DNA from: Eledone cirrhosa
Taxonomy: Eukaryota
Direction: 5' to 3'
NCBI GenBank assembly: GCA_964016885.1
Contig: OZ024742.1
Span: 37,138,001 to 37,202,000 of the forward strand
Length of the DNA stretch: 64,000 nucleotides
This document shows, piece after piece, positions 11,870 to 25,397 of the stretch. The translations under genes and the position numbers were made by a program. Each line of letters opens with the position of its first letter. Within the stretch, counting starts at the first letter, position 1. Below the pieces are notes generated by a model, which did no database searches, had not been told where the DNA came from, and saw only the letters and a program-made list of their open reading frames with translations.

Positions 11870-12450
11870 ATAAATATTAATTCAAAATATTAACAAAATA
11901 GATATTCTTGTGAGCAATTATATTTTATTATACATATTTCAGAGGTACTGAGTTAAGTTCAACAGTACATCCCCATCAGATAAAATAAGATGATGCATGA
12001 CATACCCTGACATAGTAGATGGTTAAGATTCAGTCATGGTAGTGGTTAACTTATGACAAAACTCAATATTTATACCCTAATATTGAGAACATGAGATAAC
12101 ATAATACAAACAATAGAGAGGGTGCGTGTAATAGAGCTTAAGAAATACATGGCATCAATATAAGTTATAAAATTTTTTATTTTTAAAAACTACTGGAGAA
12201 AGAGGAGGGAAAGGAAAGCATAGAGGAAGAAACAGCGGATGTGATAATATATTTAGTAGGTGGCTTGAAAAAACAGATGAAAGATGATTAAAGAGAGAGA
12301 GAGAGACAAATGGGAGTAATTTATGTTCAAGTTTATATACAGATTTCCATATATGCAACTCTAGAAAACCTTTTCGGTTGAGTGCTTCCAATCTATTGTA
12401 AAACTCATTCTTTGATGTATTCATTGAACCTTGTTTAACTTTTAAATATA
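11870..12450 (-). mobile_element. Probable Penelope-like 3'/pseudo-LTR remnant
   Basis: Bounded by (TA)n tracts and contains a hammerhead motif. It shares short segments (TTCAAAATATTAACAAA; GATTRGAAGCACTCAAC) with 27560-27757. Confidence 0.45.
11921..11987 (-). ncRNA. Type I hammerhead-like motif with long stem II (A9G core change)
   Basis: Minus strand: TATTTTAT-CTGATGG-GGATGTACTG..CAGTACCTCT-GAAA-TATGTA-TA-ATAAAATA, with a perfect 8-bp stem I. Confidence 0.65.
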
Positions 12451-12485
12451 TGTTTATATATATATATATATGCTTAATATAGAAA

Positions 12486-12536
12486 GGCTTCTACAGGACT
12501 AGAACTATTTCATTTGGGAGAAATCATCAGGAAGCC
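12486..12536 (-). ncRNA. Type I hammerhead motif, canonical CUGAUGA core
   Basis: Minus strand: GGCTTC-CTGATGA-TTTCTCCCAAAT-GAAA-TAGTTCTAGTCCTG-TA-GAAGCC. Stem I is a perfect 6 bp; stem II is weak. Confidence 0.65.
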
Positions 12537-13107
12537 GACTTTCCAAGTAATATGGTGGTAGGAGAGGGTGGTGATTGGGATGGGTGGAGGTCATTGGTTG
12601 ACGGGGTTTAAAGAAAAGGGAATTCTTTAAAAACTATATTTAGAATAACAAAGGCAGAAATAATTCTATAGACAGGTTCACTCTGGGGGTGCCACTCCTG
12701 AATTTAAAGTTCACTTAAGCTAACAATGATCTCAGTTTGACAATTGCCATCGATGAATGCGAGAAAGTTCTCCAGGAAAGTTATCCAGGAATCTTTAAAA
12801 ATCTTTGTACCGAAGTTAACAAAGAACTTACTAGATCGATCAACTCATAATATTATAATATGATAAAATTAAATCAATTTGTTTAGAACTACAAGTGAAG
12901 TCATTCTTTTTCTTTTTTCAAATATACCTAACTGTACCAAGGATCTCACACATTTTCGAATATATATGTTTATATATATATATATATATATGTGCATTTA
13001 TATATACAGTATATATAGATGTGTGTTTATATATATATATATATATGTGTGTGTGTTTATATATATATATATATGTGTGTGTGTGTTTAAATATATATAT
13101 ATATATA

Positions 13108-13157
13108 TCATCATCATCATTATCATCATCATTTTACGTCCGCTTTTCCCTGCTTGG

Positions 13158-13158
<1 letters not shown>
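13108..13158 (-). mobile_element. Tail-only RTE/SINE insertion (family B-type 3' end)
   Basis: (CAT)n-TTTACGTCCGCTTTTCCCTGCTTG between (TA)n tracts. Confidence 0.7.
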
Positions 13159-13196
<38 letters not shown>

Positions 13197-13201
<5 letters not shown>

Positions 13202-14491
13202 TCCAAACATGGAAGCACGGCCTAGAATCAAAAGGCCTTAAAATTAACCTGGCTAAGACTAAAGTTCTAGTTTGTAAGAAAGAAAATAAGGCGGCGGTCC
13301 CCTCCGGGAAGTGGCCATGCTCAGTGTGTAGGAAAGGCGTAGGTAGAAACTACATTTTGTGTCCCAAATGCAAAGTATGGGTGCATAAAAGATGTAGTGG
13401 GATCACAGGTAAGCTAACTAAGAACATAGATTTTACATGTGGCCGGTGTTCTGGGGCAATAAGTAGCAGCAAGTGCCCAAAAAATACTAGCTCTTTCAAC
13501 TGCGCAGAGGGTTCTATAGAAATAGTGGACAGCTTCCGTTACCTGGGTGACAAAATCAGCAGTGGGGGAGGGTGCTCTGAAAGTACAGTAGCTAGAGTCA
13601 GAACTGGATGGAAAAAGTTCAGAGAGCTTATACCGCTATTAGCCGCTAAAGGGTTCTCCCTAAAAATGAAAGGCAGGTTGTACGATGCCTGCATACGAAC
13701 AGCAATGTTGCATGGCAGTGAGACCTGGGCATTGTGTGCAGAGGATATACGCAGACTAGAGAGAAACGAAGCTTGCATGCTCCGCTGGATGTGTAATAGT
13801 AATATACGTGAACGGCAAAGCATAAACGAACTAAGGAAAAAGTTAGAAATAAGAGGGATCAGATGTTGTTTACTCGAGAGAAGGCTACGTTGGTATGGTC
13901 ACGTGATGCGCATGAAGGACGATAGCTGTATAACAAAGTGCAGGGCAATAAAGATAGACGGGAGCCACGGAATAGGCAGACCCAGAAAAACCTGGGACGA
14001 GCTGATAAATTCCGACCTCACACACTTACACCTCACCAAGACAATGTCACTGGACCGAGACCTTTGGCGGTACTCAGTAATAGAGAAGACCCGCCTTACC
14101 TAAATACAAAGTAAAACCTACTACAGTCAGTAGGCATCTCTAACAAAATACACCCCCATCCCACCAACCCCACCCCATCCACACCGCCCCTTTCAATGTA
14201 AAGTTATGTTGGTGCCACAACATCCAGGCCGAAACAAATGAGATCGTGTAGGTGTCACGTAAAAAAACACACAGTTCACACTGTAATGTGGCCGTGTAGG
14301 CAACACGGTAAAAACCTCCCAGCCCCACACTGTAAATGTGGTTGGTGTTAGGAAGGGCATCCAGCTGTAGAAAACCCGCCAGATAGTCCTATGCGAGCAA
14401 GATAACTACTCTTGCCTCAAGTGGGAAAACCCTCCGTCCAAACCCATGCAAGCGTGGAACACGGACGTTAAACGATGATGATGATGATGAT
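13197..14491 (+). mobile_element. 5'-truncated RTE-clade LINE (family A), young copy with an uninterrupted ORF2 C-terminal frame (13201-14103)
   Basis: GLKINLAKTKVL, PHD-like finger, FRYLG, MLHGSETW, RLRWYGHV and GRPRKTW motifs, followed by a 3' UTR and (GAT)n tail. Confidence 0.93.
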
Positions 14492-14570
14492 ATATATAAA
14501 GAAAAAGAGATGAAATCGAAAATGCAACTGGAGTCTTATTTTTTTTTTAAATATATATATTTATTTGGTT

Positions 14571-14608
14571 CCTTTACCGGCTTCGCAGTTCTTCTGCTTT
14601 TCAAAAGG
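14571..14608 (-). ncRNA. Minimal hammerhead-like motif, U3-A8 variant (GAAA mutated to GAAG)
   Basis: Minus strand: CCTT-TTGAAAA-GCAG AAGAA CTGC-GAAG-CCGG-TA-AAGG. Confidence 0.6.
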
Positions 14609-15152
14609 TGAGTTGAGATGGAGGGTCTGTGGTTTTTCTCACATCTTTACTTTCTTTATTCAATAGAAAATCTGAATTCTGACACCCCAGCGAACTAACC
14701 ATATTCACTGAACCAGAACAATTCTCCCATCCCTTTCTGTTGACCATTATCTTTCACTTATCAAAAAATTCTCTAAAAAGGCTACAGAATGGATTTCCAA
14801 ATAAGGGCACAAAAATTTAATGAAAATTTGTTCACGTGACAGCCATAATTTCATTTATAACCAACGCAAAAAAAGCCTTCGTGAGCCTCCTTTTTTCAAG
14901 TAAAAAGAAATTCAAACACTCATATATGAAAAAACAACCTGTGACAACCCCCCCCCCCCCCCCCCCCCCCCCCCTTATTTGAAGAACTATTGTAACGCGA
15001 ACTGGCGCAAAATTTATTATAATTATTGACAAACCAATCAAATTACTTCTCGAAAAACCTGGCATTTTCGAGCCACTTTTTCCATATAAAACAAGTAACA
15101 TTCAGAGACCAACCAGATGTGAGAAAAACCACAGACCCTCCATCTCAACTCA

Positions 15153-15190
15153 CCTTTTGAAAAGCAGAAGAACTGTGAAACCGGTAAAGG
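15153..15190 (+). ncRNA. Minimal type I hammerhead motif, U3-A8 variant
   Basis: CCTT-TTGAAAA-GCAG AAGAA CTGT-GAAA-CCGG-TA-AAGG. Stem I is CCTT/AAGG and stem III is the palindrome ACCGGT. Confidence 0.7.
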
Positions 15191-15321
15191 AACCAAATAA
15201 ATATATATATTTTTTTTAAAAATAAGACTCCAGTTGCATTTTCGATTTCATCTCTTTTTCTTTATACTTTCACTCGTGTAGGACACCTCGGTTATTTTTC
15301 ATTTTGTAAAAAAAAACTCAC

Positions 15322-15352
<31 letters not shown>

Positions 15353-15566
15353 AGTATGTGTGTTTATATATATGTATGTGTGTTTATATATATATATATA
15401 TGTGTGTGTGTGTATAGGGAGAAAAAAACGATTATTAGGAAGAAAAATATTTTTTTCCCGTTATTTTTTTCCTTTTTCTAGGTTAGAAAATGTTTAAAAC
15501 AAATTATTTTACTTTGTGTGAAGAGTCAAAGTATTAATTAATTTATTTATTAATAAACAATAGCAT

Positions 15567-15598
<32 letters not shown>

Positions 15599-15605
15599 TA
15601 ATTAT

Positions 15606-15643
15606 CAATTACCAGTTTCAGCATTTTATGCATTATCAAATTA
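15606..15643 (-). ncRNA. Minimal hammerhead-like motif, U3-A8 variant
   Basis: Minus strand: TAAT-TTGATAA-TGCATAAAATGCT-GAAA-CTGG-TA-ATTG. Confidence 0.5.
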
Positions 15644-15727
15644 TGTGAGTGGGAGAGAAAAAAAGGAATTTGTGTTTGTACAAAATGTAGAAGAGAAAAT
15701 AAGGTGATGTTAAACATGTTAAAGAAA

Positions 15728-15870
15728 TGGGATTAGGAAGGGCATTCAGCTATAGAAAACAAAGCATAAGAGCAGAGCCTAGTTACCTGACAAGTCAGGC
15801 CTCAGCACATGACAACCATCTAACCTATGCAAGCATGTAAAATAGACATTAAATGATGATAATGATGATA
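15728..15870 (+). mobile_element. Old RTE/SINE 3' end fragment
   Basis: TTAGGAAGGGCATTCAGCTATAGAAA...AACCTATGCAAGCATGTAAAATAGACATTAAATGATGAT is a diverged match to the family A 3' end. Confidence 0.7.
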
Positions 15871-15883
15871 ATATATATATATA

Positions 15884-16038
15884 TAGACCTGCCAACCTCT
15901 AAAAAAAGTACCCCAAAATGGGGAGATTTTACATAATGAAATCTACCCATTTTACCAAGAGAAAACGTCTCTCACCTACCCTAAGTGAGTGGGAGATCTG
16001 GAGATCTCCCAGTAGGACGGGGTGAGTTGACAGGTCTG
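15884..16038. mobile_element. Short MITE-like element (hAT-like termini)
   Basis: Terminal inverted repeats AGACCTGCCAAC / GTTGACAGGTCT (11/12 match), TA-rich flanks and an internal GGGAGATCT..AGATCTCCC palindrome. Confidence 0.55.
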
Positions 16039-16060
16039 TGTATATATATCATTATATACC

Positions 16061-16160
16061 CGTCGACGTTAACTTTGCCTTTTATCCTTACAGGGTCAAT
16101 AAAATAAAGTACCAGTAATGTACTGGGTAATTGCTGGCCTTGTGCCAAAAGTAGAAACAA
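16061..16160 (+). mobile_element. SINE family 1, 3' half
   Basis: AACTTTGCCTTTTATCCTTACAGGGTCAATAAAATAAAGTACCAG...GCTGGCCTTGTGCCAAAA is nearly collinear with 62597-62690. Confidence 0.75.
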
Positions 16161-16279
16161 CTATATAGTGAATATATTGTTATATATGTTGCAATATACA
16201 GCTGCATAACTGTTATACAGTAGACACAGTGTTTAAAAGACCTTAACATATTTCAGATTTAACAGACCAAATAGCAATA

Positions 16280-16375
16280 GACTTCCACACAATTTCCCCT
16301 ACTCAATTTTCTTTCACATGGCTTGGCTGGACCTCATGATTGTGAAGCCAACTTTTTAACCACTCAGCCATTCCT
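16280..16375 (-). mobile_element. Degraded, internally deleted SINE fragment
   Basis: Ends in TAACCACTCAGCCAT, whose minus strand gives A box TGGCTGAGTGG, similar to the family 2 head. Confidence 0.45.
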
Positions 16376-16669
16376 CTATCTTCACCTATATCTACTTATG
16401 TGTTATCCTATCCATTATAGAAAATGGTTTTCAATGTTAGCAAATGTAACCAAGTCGTGAAAAGTCTGAAAAAGAAGCATGTTCTTAGCATTGAAGATGC
16501 TCCAACATTGTGGATGCAAACCCATTCTAAGTTGCTAAATTTGAAAAAACAAAAGAAGAGGGCTAAGACAAATATAACCTTCAGAGTAAATTTTCCAAGC
16601 TTATTTTTTGGGGAAAAAACTGTCTTTCATTCTGGGAAATATGGTAACCATTCTTCCATGAAAAAATGG

Positions 16670-17152
16670 ACCCATTACATTCTGTAAAGTGGTAGTGCTG
16701 GTGTCATGATAAAATGCACTCAGTCCACACTGTAATATGGTTTTGCTGTTGGCATGATAAACTGCAACCAGCCCACTCTGTAAAGTGGTTGTGGTGGAGC
16801 CATGATAAAATGCACCCAGTTCACTCTCTAAGGTGGTAGAGCTGGCATCACAATAAAATGCAGTCTGTAAAGTGGTATAGTTGGTTCCATGATAAAATGC
16901 ATTTAGCACACTCTGTAAGGTGATAATGTTGGTGCCACAATAAAAAGCATCCATCCCATTATTTAAAGTGGTAGTGCTGGTGGCATTGTTAGTGTCATGA
17001 TACAATGCACCCAGTACACGGTGTAAAATATTTGACATTAGGAAGAGTATCCAACTGTAGAAAATATGGCAAAAAGGAAACGTATGAGCAAGACATATCG
17101 TGATAACCCATCTGACACATTCAAGCATAGAAAGTAGATGTTAAATGATGAT
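16670..17152 (+). mobile_element. Old RTE-type 3' UTR with a tandemly expanded ~47-bp unit (7-8 copies) and a decayed tail
   Basis: Unit is approximately CCCAGTACACTCTGTAAAGTGGTAGTGCTGGTGCCATGATAAAATGCA. It is followed by TTAGGAAGAGTATCCAACTGTAGAAAA...GATGTTAAATGATGAT. Confidence 0.7.
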
Positions 17153-17308
17153 CAGGCATGAATATAACATAGGTTCTTCAAGAATTTATAACATAAATTA
17201 AGACAAGTACCAGTTAATGAAATGTCTCTCCCTCACTAACTCTCTCTCTCTCTCTTTCTCATTCTCTCTGTCTCTCTTTCTCTGTTCATCTCTGTCACTA
17301 TCCTTTAG

Positions 17309-17394
17309 GGTTTCAATAAGGTATGCGAAGGAACAGTTGAAGGAGACTGAGACAGCATGTGACGATTCTCTGGATCGCCTGAAGAAGACACAAG
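17309..17394 (+). CDS. CCDC178: Internal coding exon (86 nt) of a CCDC178-like coiled-coil protein: VSIRYAKEQLKETETACDDSLDRLKKTQ
   Basis: Long CT-rich polypyrimidine tract plus TTTAG acceptor, AAG|GTATTT donor, and an open coiled-coil-like frame. It ends in phase 1, matching the next exon. Confidence 0.7.
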
Positions 17395-17429
17395 GTATTT
17401 TTGTTAGTCTTTAGCTATTTCATATGGCA

Positions 17430-17905
17430 ATACTGCACATCACACCATACCACACTACATTACACAATATTATATGACTACTCACCACACCACACCAAAC
17501 AACACTATACATCACACTACACCAAACCATACCCCACAATACACCATACCACAATATACCATACCAAACTGCACCACATCACACCATACCATACCACACG
17601 TCACCACAACACAACACCACACCTCATCACATAACACTACATCACACCACACCACACTACACTACATCACACTACACCACACTACACAATACACTGCACC
17701 AAACCACATAATAACACACCACACTACACCACCCTACACTACATCACACCATACAACCCTACACTATATCACACCATGCAACCCTATACTACATCAAACC
17801 ATACCACACAGCAACTCAATGCGCCAAAACACAACACAACACTGTACACTACACCACATCACACCACACTACACCACATCACACCACACTACACCACACC
17901 ATTCC
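17430..17905. repeat. Degenerate (CACCA/CACTA/CATCA)n pentamer repeat
   Basis: Seen directly; explains the His/Thr-rich ORFs. Confidence 0.9.
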
Positions 17906-18984
17906 ATTCATACATGCATGAAGAAACCAATATATGACCACTGGAACTGCCAAAACTAGCCACCAGTTCTCCCTCAAATCATACCTTACCATATTAAAAA
18001 GTGATGACATATTTGATAATGTAGTTTCAGTTACTCTCTTTCTATAAAAAAAGACAAAATCGTCATACCTGGAATGTATTTAATGTTAGGCCTATTGGAT
18101 CATGGTTGGCCTGGGGATAAACAGCAACATAAATACCACTCTCTACACCAGCTGTTCTATACACTGTCTGTCACCCCTACTGCATCAGCTAATGCCATTC
18201 TATACACCAGAGGTTCTCAAACAGTTTGTCCCCTGCCCCTCTTGGTCACATAATACCCTCAGTGCCCCACAACCCTATTTCCAGACAGACCTGCCTACAT
18301 ATAAATAGTAAATAATATATAATAAATAAAATCATTAATTTATATATAATAAATACTATGTATAAATAATGTTTATTTTACTATATTTATATATAACTAG
18401 TAATATCTTCTCATTTATCATACTTGTGACAAGATTAATTTGTCACTTGGTTTAATAATGGTACCAGAACCTTCAGTTTTTCAGCGGAGTTTACTTTATT
18501 GTAAGCATTCGGTCCAAGTCACTGATTTTAGTATATTTCCCCTCTCCTTTCTACTAGACATTGTGGATCTGAGAAGGGTAATGGCTACTACAATTATCAG
18601 CCCCATAAAAACTAATAAATGCAGCATTATTGATATTTGTATTGTTATTGTTTTCTTGACATAGTTTAACGTCTTAACTGGATATTTATTAATACTATGT
18701 ATTTACCATCAAGTGATATGACCACAGGCAGAGAGTATCTTTTGTAGGAGGTGAGAGCACCAACTACTACTAAACTACTGCAGTGACTACTACTACTGCT
18801 ACTACTACTACAGTGTGTCTTGGGCACTTTAAACTGGCAGAGCCCATGCATTTCCAGGTTTGAACACAGTGAATGTCTTCCAGAAAGAAGGAGAAAGAGA
18901 GAGTTTGTGGGTATTAAACAGGAGGTAGACACAAGTACAGGAGAGGTACTTCTTATAACAAGGTGGAAATTTTGAAAAGTGTAT

Positions 18985-19082
18985 TTGTCCTCGTGTGATT
19001 TGAACTCAGAGCTCAGTGAGCTGAAACAAATATGAGGCATTCTTAATCCGACATCCTACAGAATTCTGACAATAGACCGCCT
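18985..19082 (-). mobile_element. SINE family 1 head fragment
   Basis: GATTTGAACTCAGA (minus-strand B box) ...TTCTGACAATAGACCGCC resembles 3690-3778. Confidence 0.45.
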
Positions 19083-19398
19083 AATCAGTTACAAGATAAC
19101 TTTCACCTTGCTTTCTCCACCTTTGTTTCCACTTCCATTTTTTTCCTTTGATATCACCTTTGATGTTCCATTTGATTGCACCTTTGCTGAATGAAGGTTC
19201 AAAATATGTCCGTTCATCTCAGTAGGAAGTATACCATGATTAAAGACATAAGGTGAAATTTAGTTTAAATGAAATATTCATGTTGAGTCTGAATCAGAAG
19301 CTTATTTACGTCATAGTGATTCATACACAAGAAAATGCATACAAATACACATAAACGTAACACATACATACATTCATCATTTTTATATGTATATATAT

Positions 19399-22140
19399 AT
19401 CATCATCATCATTTTAAGTCCGCTTTTCCCTGCCTGCAAGGGTGGGACGAGTCCTATCAGCACAGCATCTCTCCATTCATCACAATCCTTTGTCATCTCC
19501 TCTGTGAGCTTCAGTGATCTGAGGTCAGCTCTCACCACCTCCACCCATGATTTTCATGGTCTTCCTCTACTGCGTCTTCCTTCCACCGGGATTTCTTGGC
19601 ACTTCTTCACCCAGTGGTCATCCTCCATGCGCATCATATGGCCATATCAATGCAGTCTTCTCTCCCGCACACTACAGTTTATCCCTCTTATCCACAGTTT
19701 CACTCTCAACTCGTCTATGCTTGGTCATTCACACACATTGACATTGCACACCCATTGGAGCATGTTTGCTTCATTTCTCTCCAGCCGTCGCATATCATCT
19801 GCAGTTGCTGCCCATGTCTCACTACCAGGCATCATATAACCGCCTTTCGTTTGTAGGGAGAAACCGTTAGTTGTCAACAGACGAAGCAGCTCCTTAAACT
19901 TCTTCCATCTTCTCCTTATTCTAGATATTACGGCCCCAGAGCATCCTCCTCCCTTGCTAATCTTATCACCTAGGTATCGGAAGCTATCAACCATCTCTAT
20001 AGATCCTAACTGCATTTGAAAAATCTGCCTATCACTGCCACTTCTACTATCAAATTTCACTGAACATGTACTACATATGAAGTTTTCTCTTCCTGTTAGT
20101 TTGCCTGATACCCCACTACATCTCTTGTGTACCCAAGATCTGCATTGTGTACATTCTATAGAGTGTATGCCAACTCATTTTCTACATATCAAACATGGCC
20201 ATTTCTCTGATGGAATCAAAGTTTTATCCGCTTTCCTACTTATCAACACTTTAGTCTTTTCTAAGTTCACTCTCAGTCCTCTTGATTCTAACTGCTGTTT
20301 TCATAGCCAGAATTTATTCTCTAGCTCCTCTACTGATTCTGCTATAAATACCACATCATCAGCGTAGAGAAGTTCCCAGTCTTAAACTCCTCTGTTATGG
20401 CTGGGAGAACTATAATGAACAAGAGTGGGCTGAGGACCGAACCCTAATGAACTCCTACTTGTATCTGGAACTCCTCACTAAACACCATTCCTACTCTCAC
20501 TTTACTGACAGCTCCTCTGTACATAGCTTGCACTGTCCTCACAAGCCATTCCTCTACACCTAGTTTCCTTAGAAACCACCAGGTGACAGATCAGGGTACC
20601 CTATCAAAGGCCTTCTCTAGTTCAACAAAAGCTAAGTATAGTGGCTTATTCTTCTTTAAGAACCTCTCTTGTAATTGTCTCACTAAAAAGAGGGCATCTG
20701 TTGTACTTTTCCCAGGCACAAAACCAAACTGCATTTCATCTAGTTTGACCCTTTCTCTAATTAGTTGCGCTAATATCCTTTCTGCCATTTTTATAACCTG
20801 ATCCATCAGTTTTATGCCCCTATAATTGCTCCACTCCAGAGCATCCCCTTTACCTTTGTAGCAATTTACAAGAATACTGCTGCACCAGTCTTTGGGTATG
20901 ACTCCGCCATATATATCTTGATTGACTATGCGTGCAACCAGTTTAGTTCCTATTTCTCCTGATGCTGTCAGCCAATAACTATCCTTGATGGTCCAGCGGC
21001 CTTATCACTTTTCATTTCCTTAATTGCCTCTTTGACCCTATAGTTGACAATCTCATTAGCTGGTCCCTCTATTGGGTCTGTTGGGGGTAGTTTCTCTCTC
21101 CCCCATTCATTCTCTACATTCATCAATCTCTCATAATAACATTTCCGGGCCTCCTTTTTATGAGCATCAGTAACGTGAGGTGGGCCAACATCATTTCAGA
21201 CACACTTATCCCCAACAACATCCTGATTTACATTGACACACTGCCGTGCAATGAGGAACACCTCATGTCTCTCATCCTCTCATCGCAGAACATTGGCAAA
21301 CCTCCTACTCTCAGCTTCCCTGTATGCTAAGTATACCTGACATCTAGCTTCTCTTTTAGCGGCTGAGTATCGGTCTCTACTCCCACCATTTTTCCAAGCC
21401 TTCCATGCTAGTCTTTTGTCTTTAATGGCTCTATTTACCGTGCTGTTCCACCACCAGGTCACCCTCTGTCTGGTTGGAGCTTTTTTCCAGCCACAAATCT
21501 CTTTAGTTACTTGCAGTAGGTTGTCACGTAAGAACTTTCAGTTATTTTCTATATCATACAATTCTAATTCGTCTTCTTTTTTGTCATACACATCTTGGAG
21601 GGCTTTCCTAAATTTATATTTAAGTGAAAGGTCCTCCAGCTTCCAGACCTTCCTGTGTATCTCATTTTGTACCTTGCTTATTGAGATGTCACTAACAACT
21701 AACCTATGTTGGTGGATATATTCTTCCCAAGGGTATGCCTTATTATTTGACACCATGTGTCTGTCTTGTTGCCTAACTAGCAAGAAGTCAATCTGGCTTA
21801 TGTGCTCGCCTAATTGGTAGGTGATTAGGTGATTAGCAGGTTTCCTGAAGTTAGTGTTGCAAACGGTTAGTTCACTTGCATCACAAAATTCAAGAAGCCT
21901 CACTCCTTCGTTTCTTGCGCCATAATCATATCCACCGTGTACTCCAGTGTATCCATACTGGAGCTGTCCAACATGACCATTGAAGTCATCTGCTAGTATA
22001 ACTAGGTCTCTGTCCTCTGTCACTATGGTTGTCTCTAGAAGCTGCTCATAAAAGCAGTCCTTCTTTTCTTTACCTAGGTGTGCCTGGGGAGCATAGGTAG
22101 AGATAATTGTCAGCAGTCACAACTAATCTAATCTTAATGA
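19399..22140 (-). mobile_element. Longer, decayed RTE-clade LINE (family B) with APE endonuclease C-terminal part, RT, PHD-like finger and tail
   Basis: APE motifs ADDFNGHVG, SQIDFLLV and QHRLVV; TWWWN; RT motifs MQFGFVPGKSTTDALF, LEKAFDRVP and LLYADD; then FRYLG and GSETW. Many stops and frameshifts; (CAT)n at 19399-19411. Confidence 0.92.
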
Positions 22141-22210
22141 TTCTATGATATATATATATATATATATAGACATATATAGACAAATATTTATATAGACATA
22201 CACAGATACA

Positions 22211-24618
<2,408 letters not shown>

Positions 24619-24649
24619 AGAGTCATACCGGTTTTTAGAGTCATAGGTA

Positions 24650-24694
24650 AATATTGCTGATGAGATGTAACAACATCGAAACTAGTCCAATATT
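24650..24694 (+). ncRNA. Canonical minimal type I hammerhead ribozyme, predicted cleavage after GUC (C24687)
   Basis: AATATTG-CTGATGA-GATGT AACA ACATC-GAAA-CTAG-TC-CAATATT. It has a 7-bp stem I, 5-bp stem II, palindromic stem III (ACTAGT) and all core nucleotides intact. Confidence 0.88.
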
Positions 24695-25032
24695 CCTGTC
24701 TGGCTTTCTGGAGAATAGAGGAAAGGTGTTTCCTCGAAAACCAGTATGACTCTAAAAACCGGTTTGTCTGTGTGTTTACATACAGAATAGCTGAACACTC
24801 ACAGTAAAGTGTCCAGTGAAAAACTCGGTACATCTACATATGTACACGTGTGTGTATTCATATGCATACTAATATTTCAGTATACATATGTGGATGTACA
24901 TTTTTAACTTAATTGTTTAAGCGTCAGTCATACAAAAGTGAGTTACAAACGAAGCGAAATTTAATTTCGTTTCGTTATTTGTTTTTATATATATATATTT
25001 ATATATACGTATACGTATCTATATCTATCTAT

Positions 25033-25300
25033 CCATCATCATCATCATCGTTTAACGTCTATCTTGCACGCTAGCATGGGTTAGACAGGAATTGTCCCAC
25101 TTGAGGCAAGATTGATCGGGTAACCATGTCCCGTTCATATAGGACAGTATCTGGCAGGTTTTCTATGGCTGGATGCCCTTCCTAACATCAACCACATTTG
25201 CAGTGTGGACCGGGAACCTTTTTAGCGTGTTTCCTACAGCACCATTTTAGTTTGCACTGGATGTTGTGGTACCAACATAACTTTACAGAGAAAGGGTGGT
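25033..25300 (-). mobile_element. RTE family A 3' UTR fragment
   Basis: (CAT)n-CGTTTAACGTCTATCTTGCACGC...GGATGCCCTTCCTAAC...GGTACCAACATAACTTTACA matches 10303-10600. Confidence 0.85.
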
Positions 25301-25362
25301 GTTGCTATATATATATATACATACATATCTATCTATCTATCTATATATATATATATATATCT

Positions 25363-25397
25363 TCATCATCATCATCTTTTAACGTCCATCTTCCACG

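Larger units (their letters stand above)
14495..15266. mobile_element. Long inverted repeat (arms 14495-14646 and 15115-15266, ~470-bp spacer with a poly-C run); probable Penelope-like remnant
   Basis: Near-perfect reverse-complement arms, each containing a hammerhead motif. Confidence 0.75.

Noticed and set aside
17401-17959. His/Thr-rich ORFs
   Set aside because: Translation of a degenerate pentamer repeat just downstream of a splice donor.
18205-18300. hAT-like terminus CAGAGGTTCTCAAAC
   Set aside because: No matching opposite terminal repeat was found.
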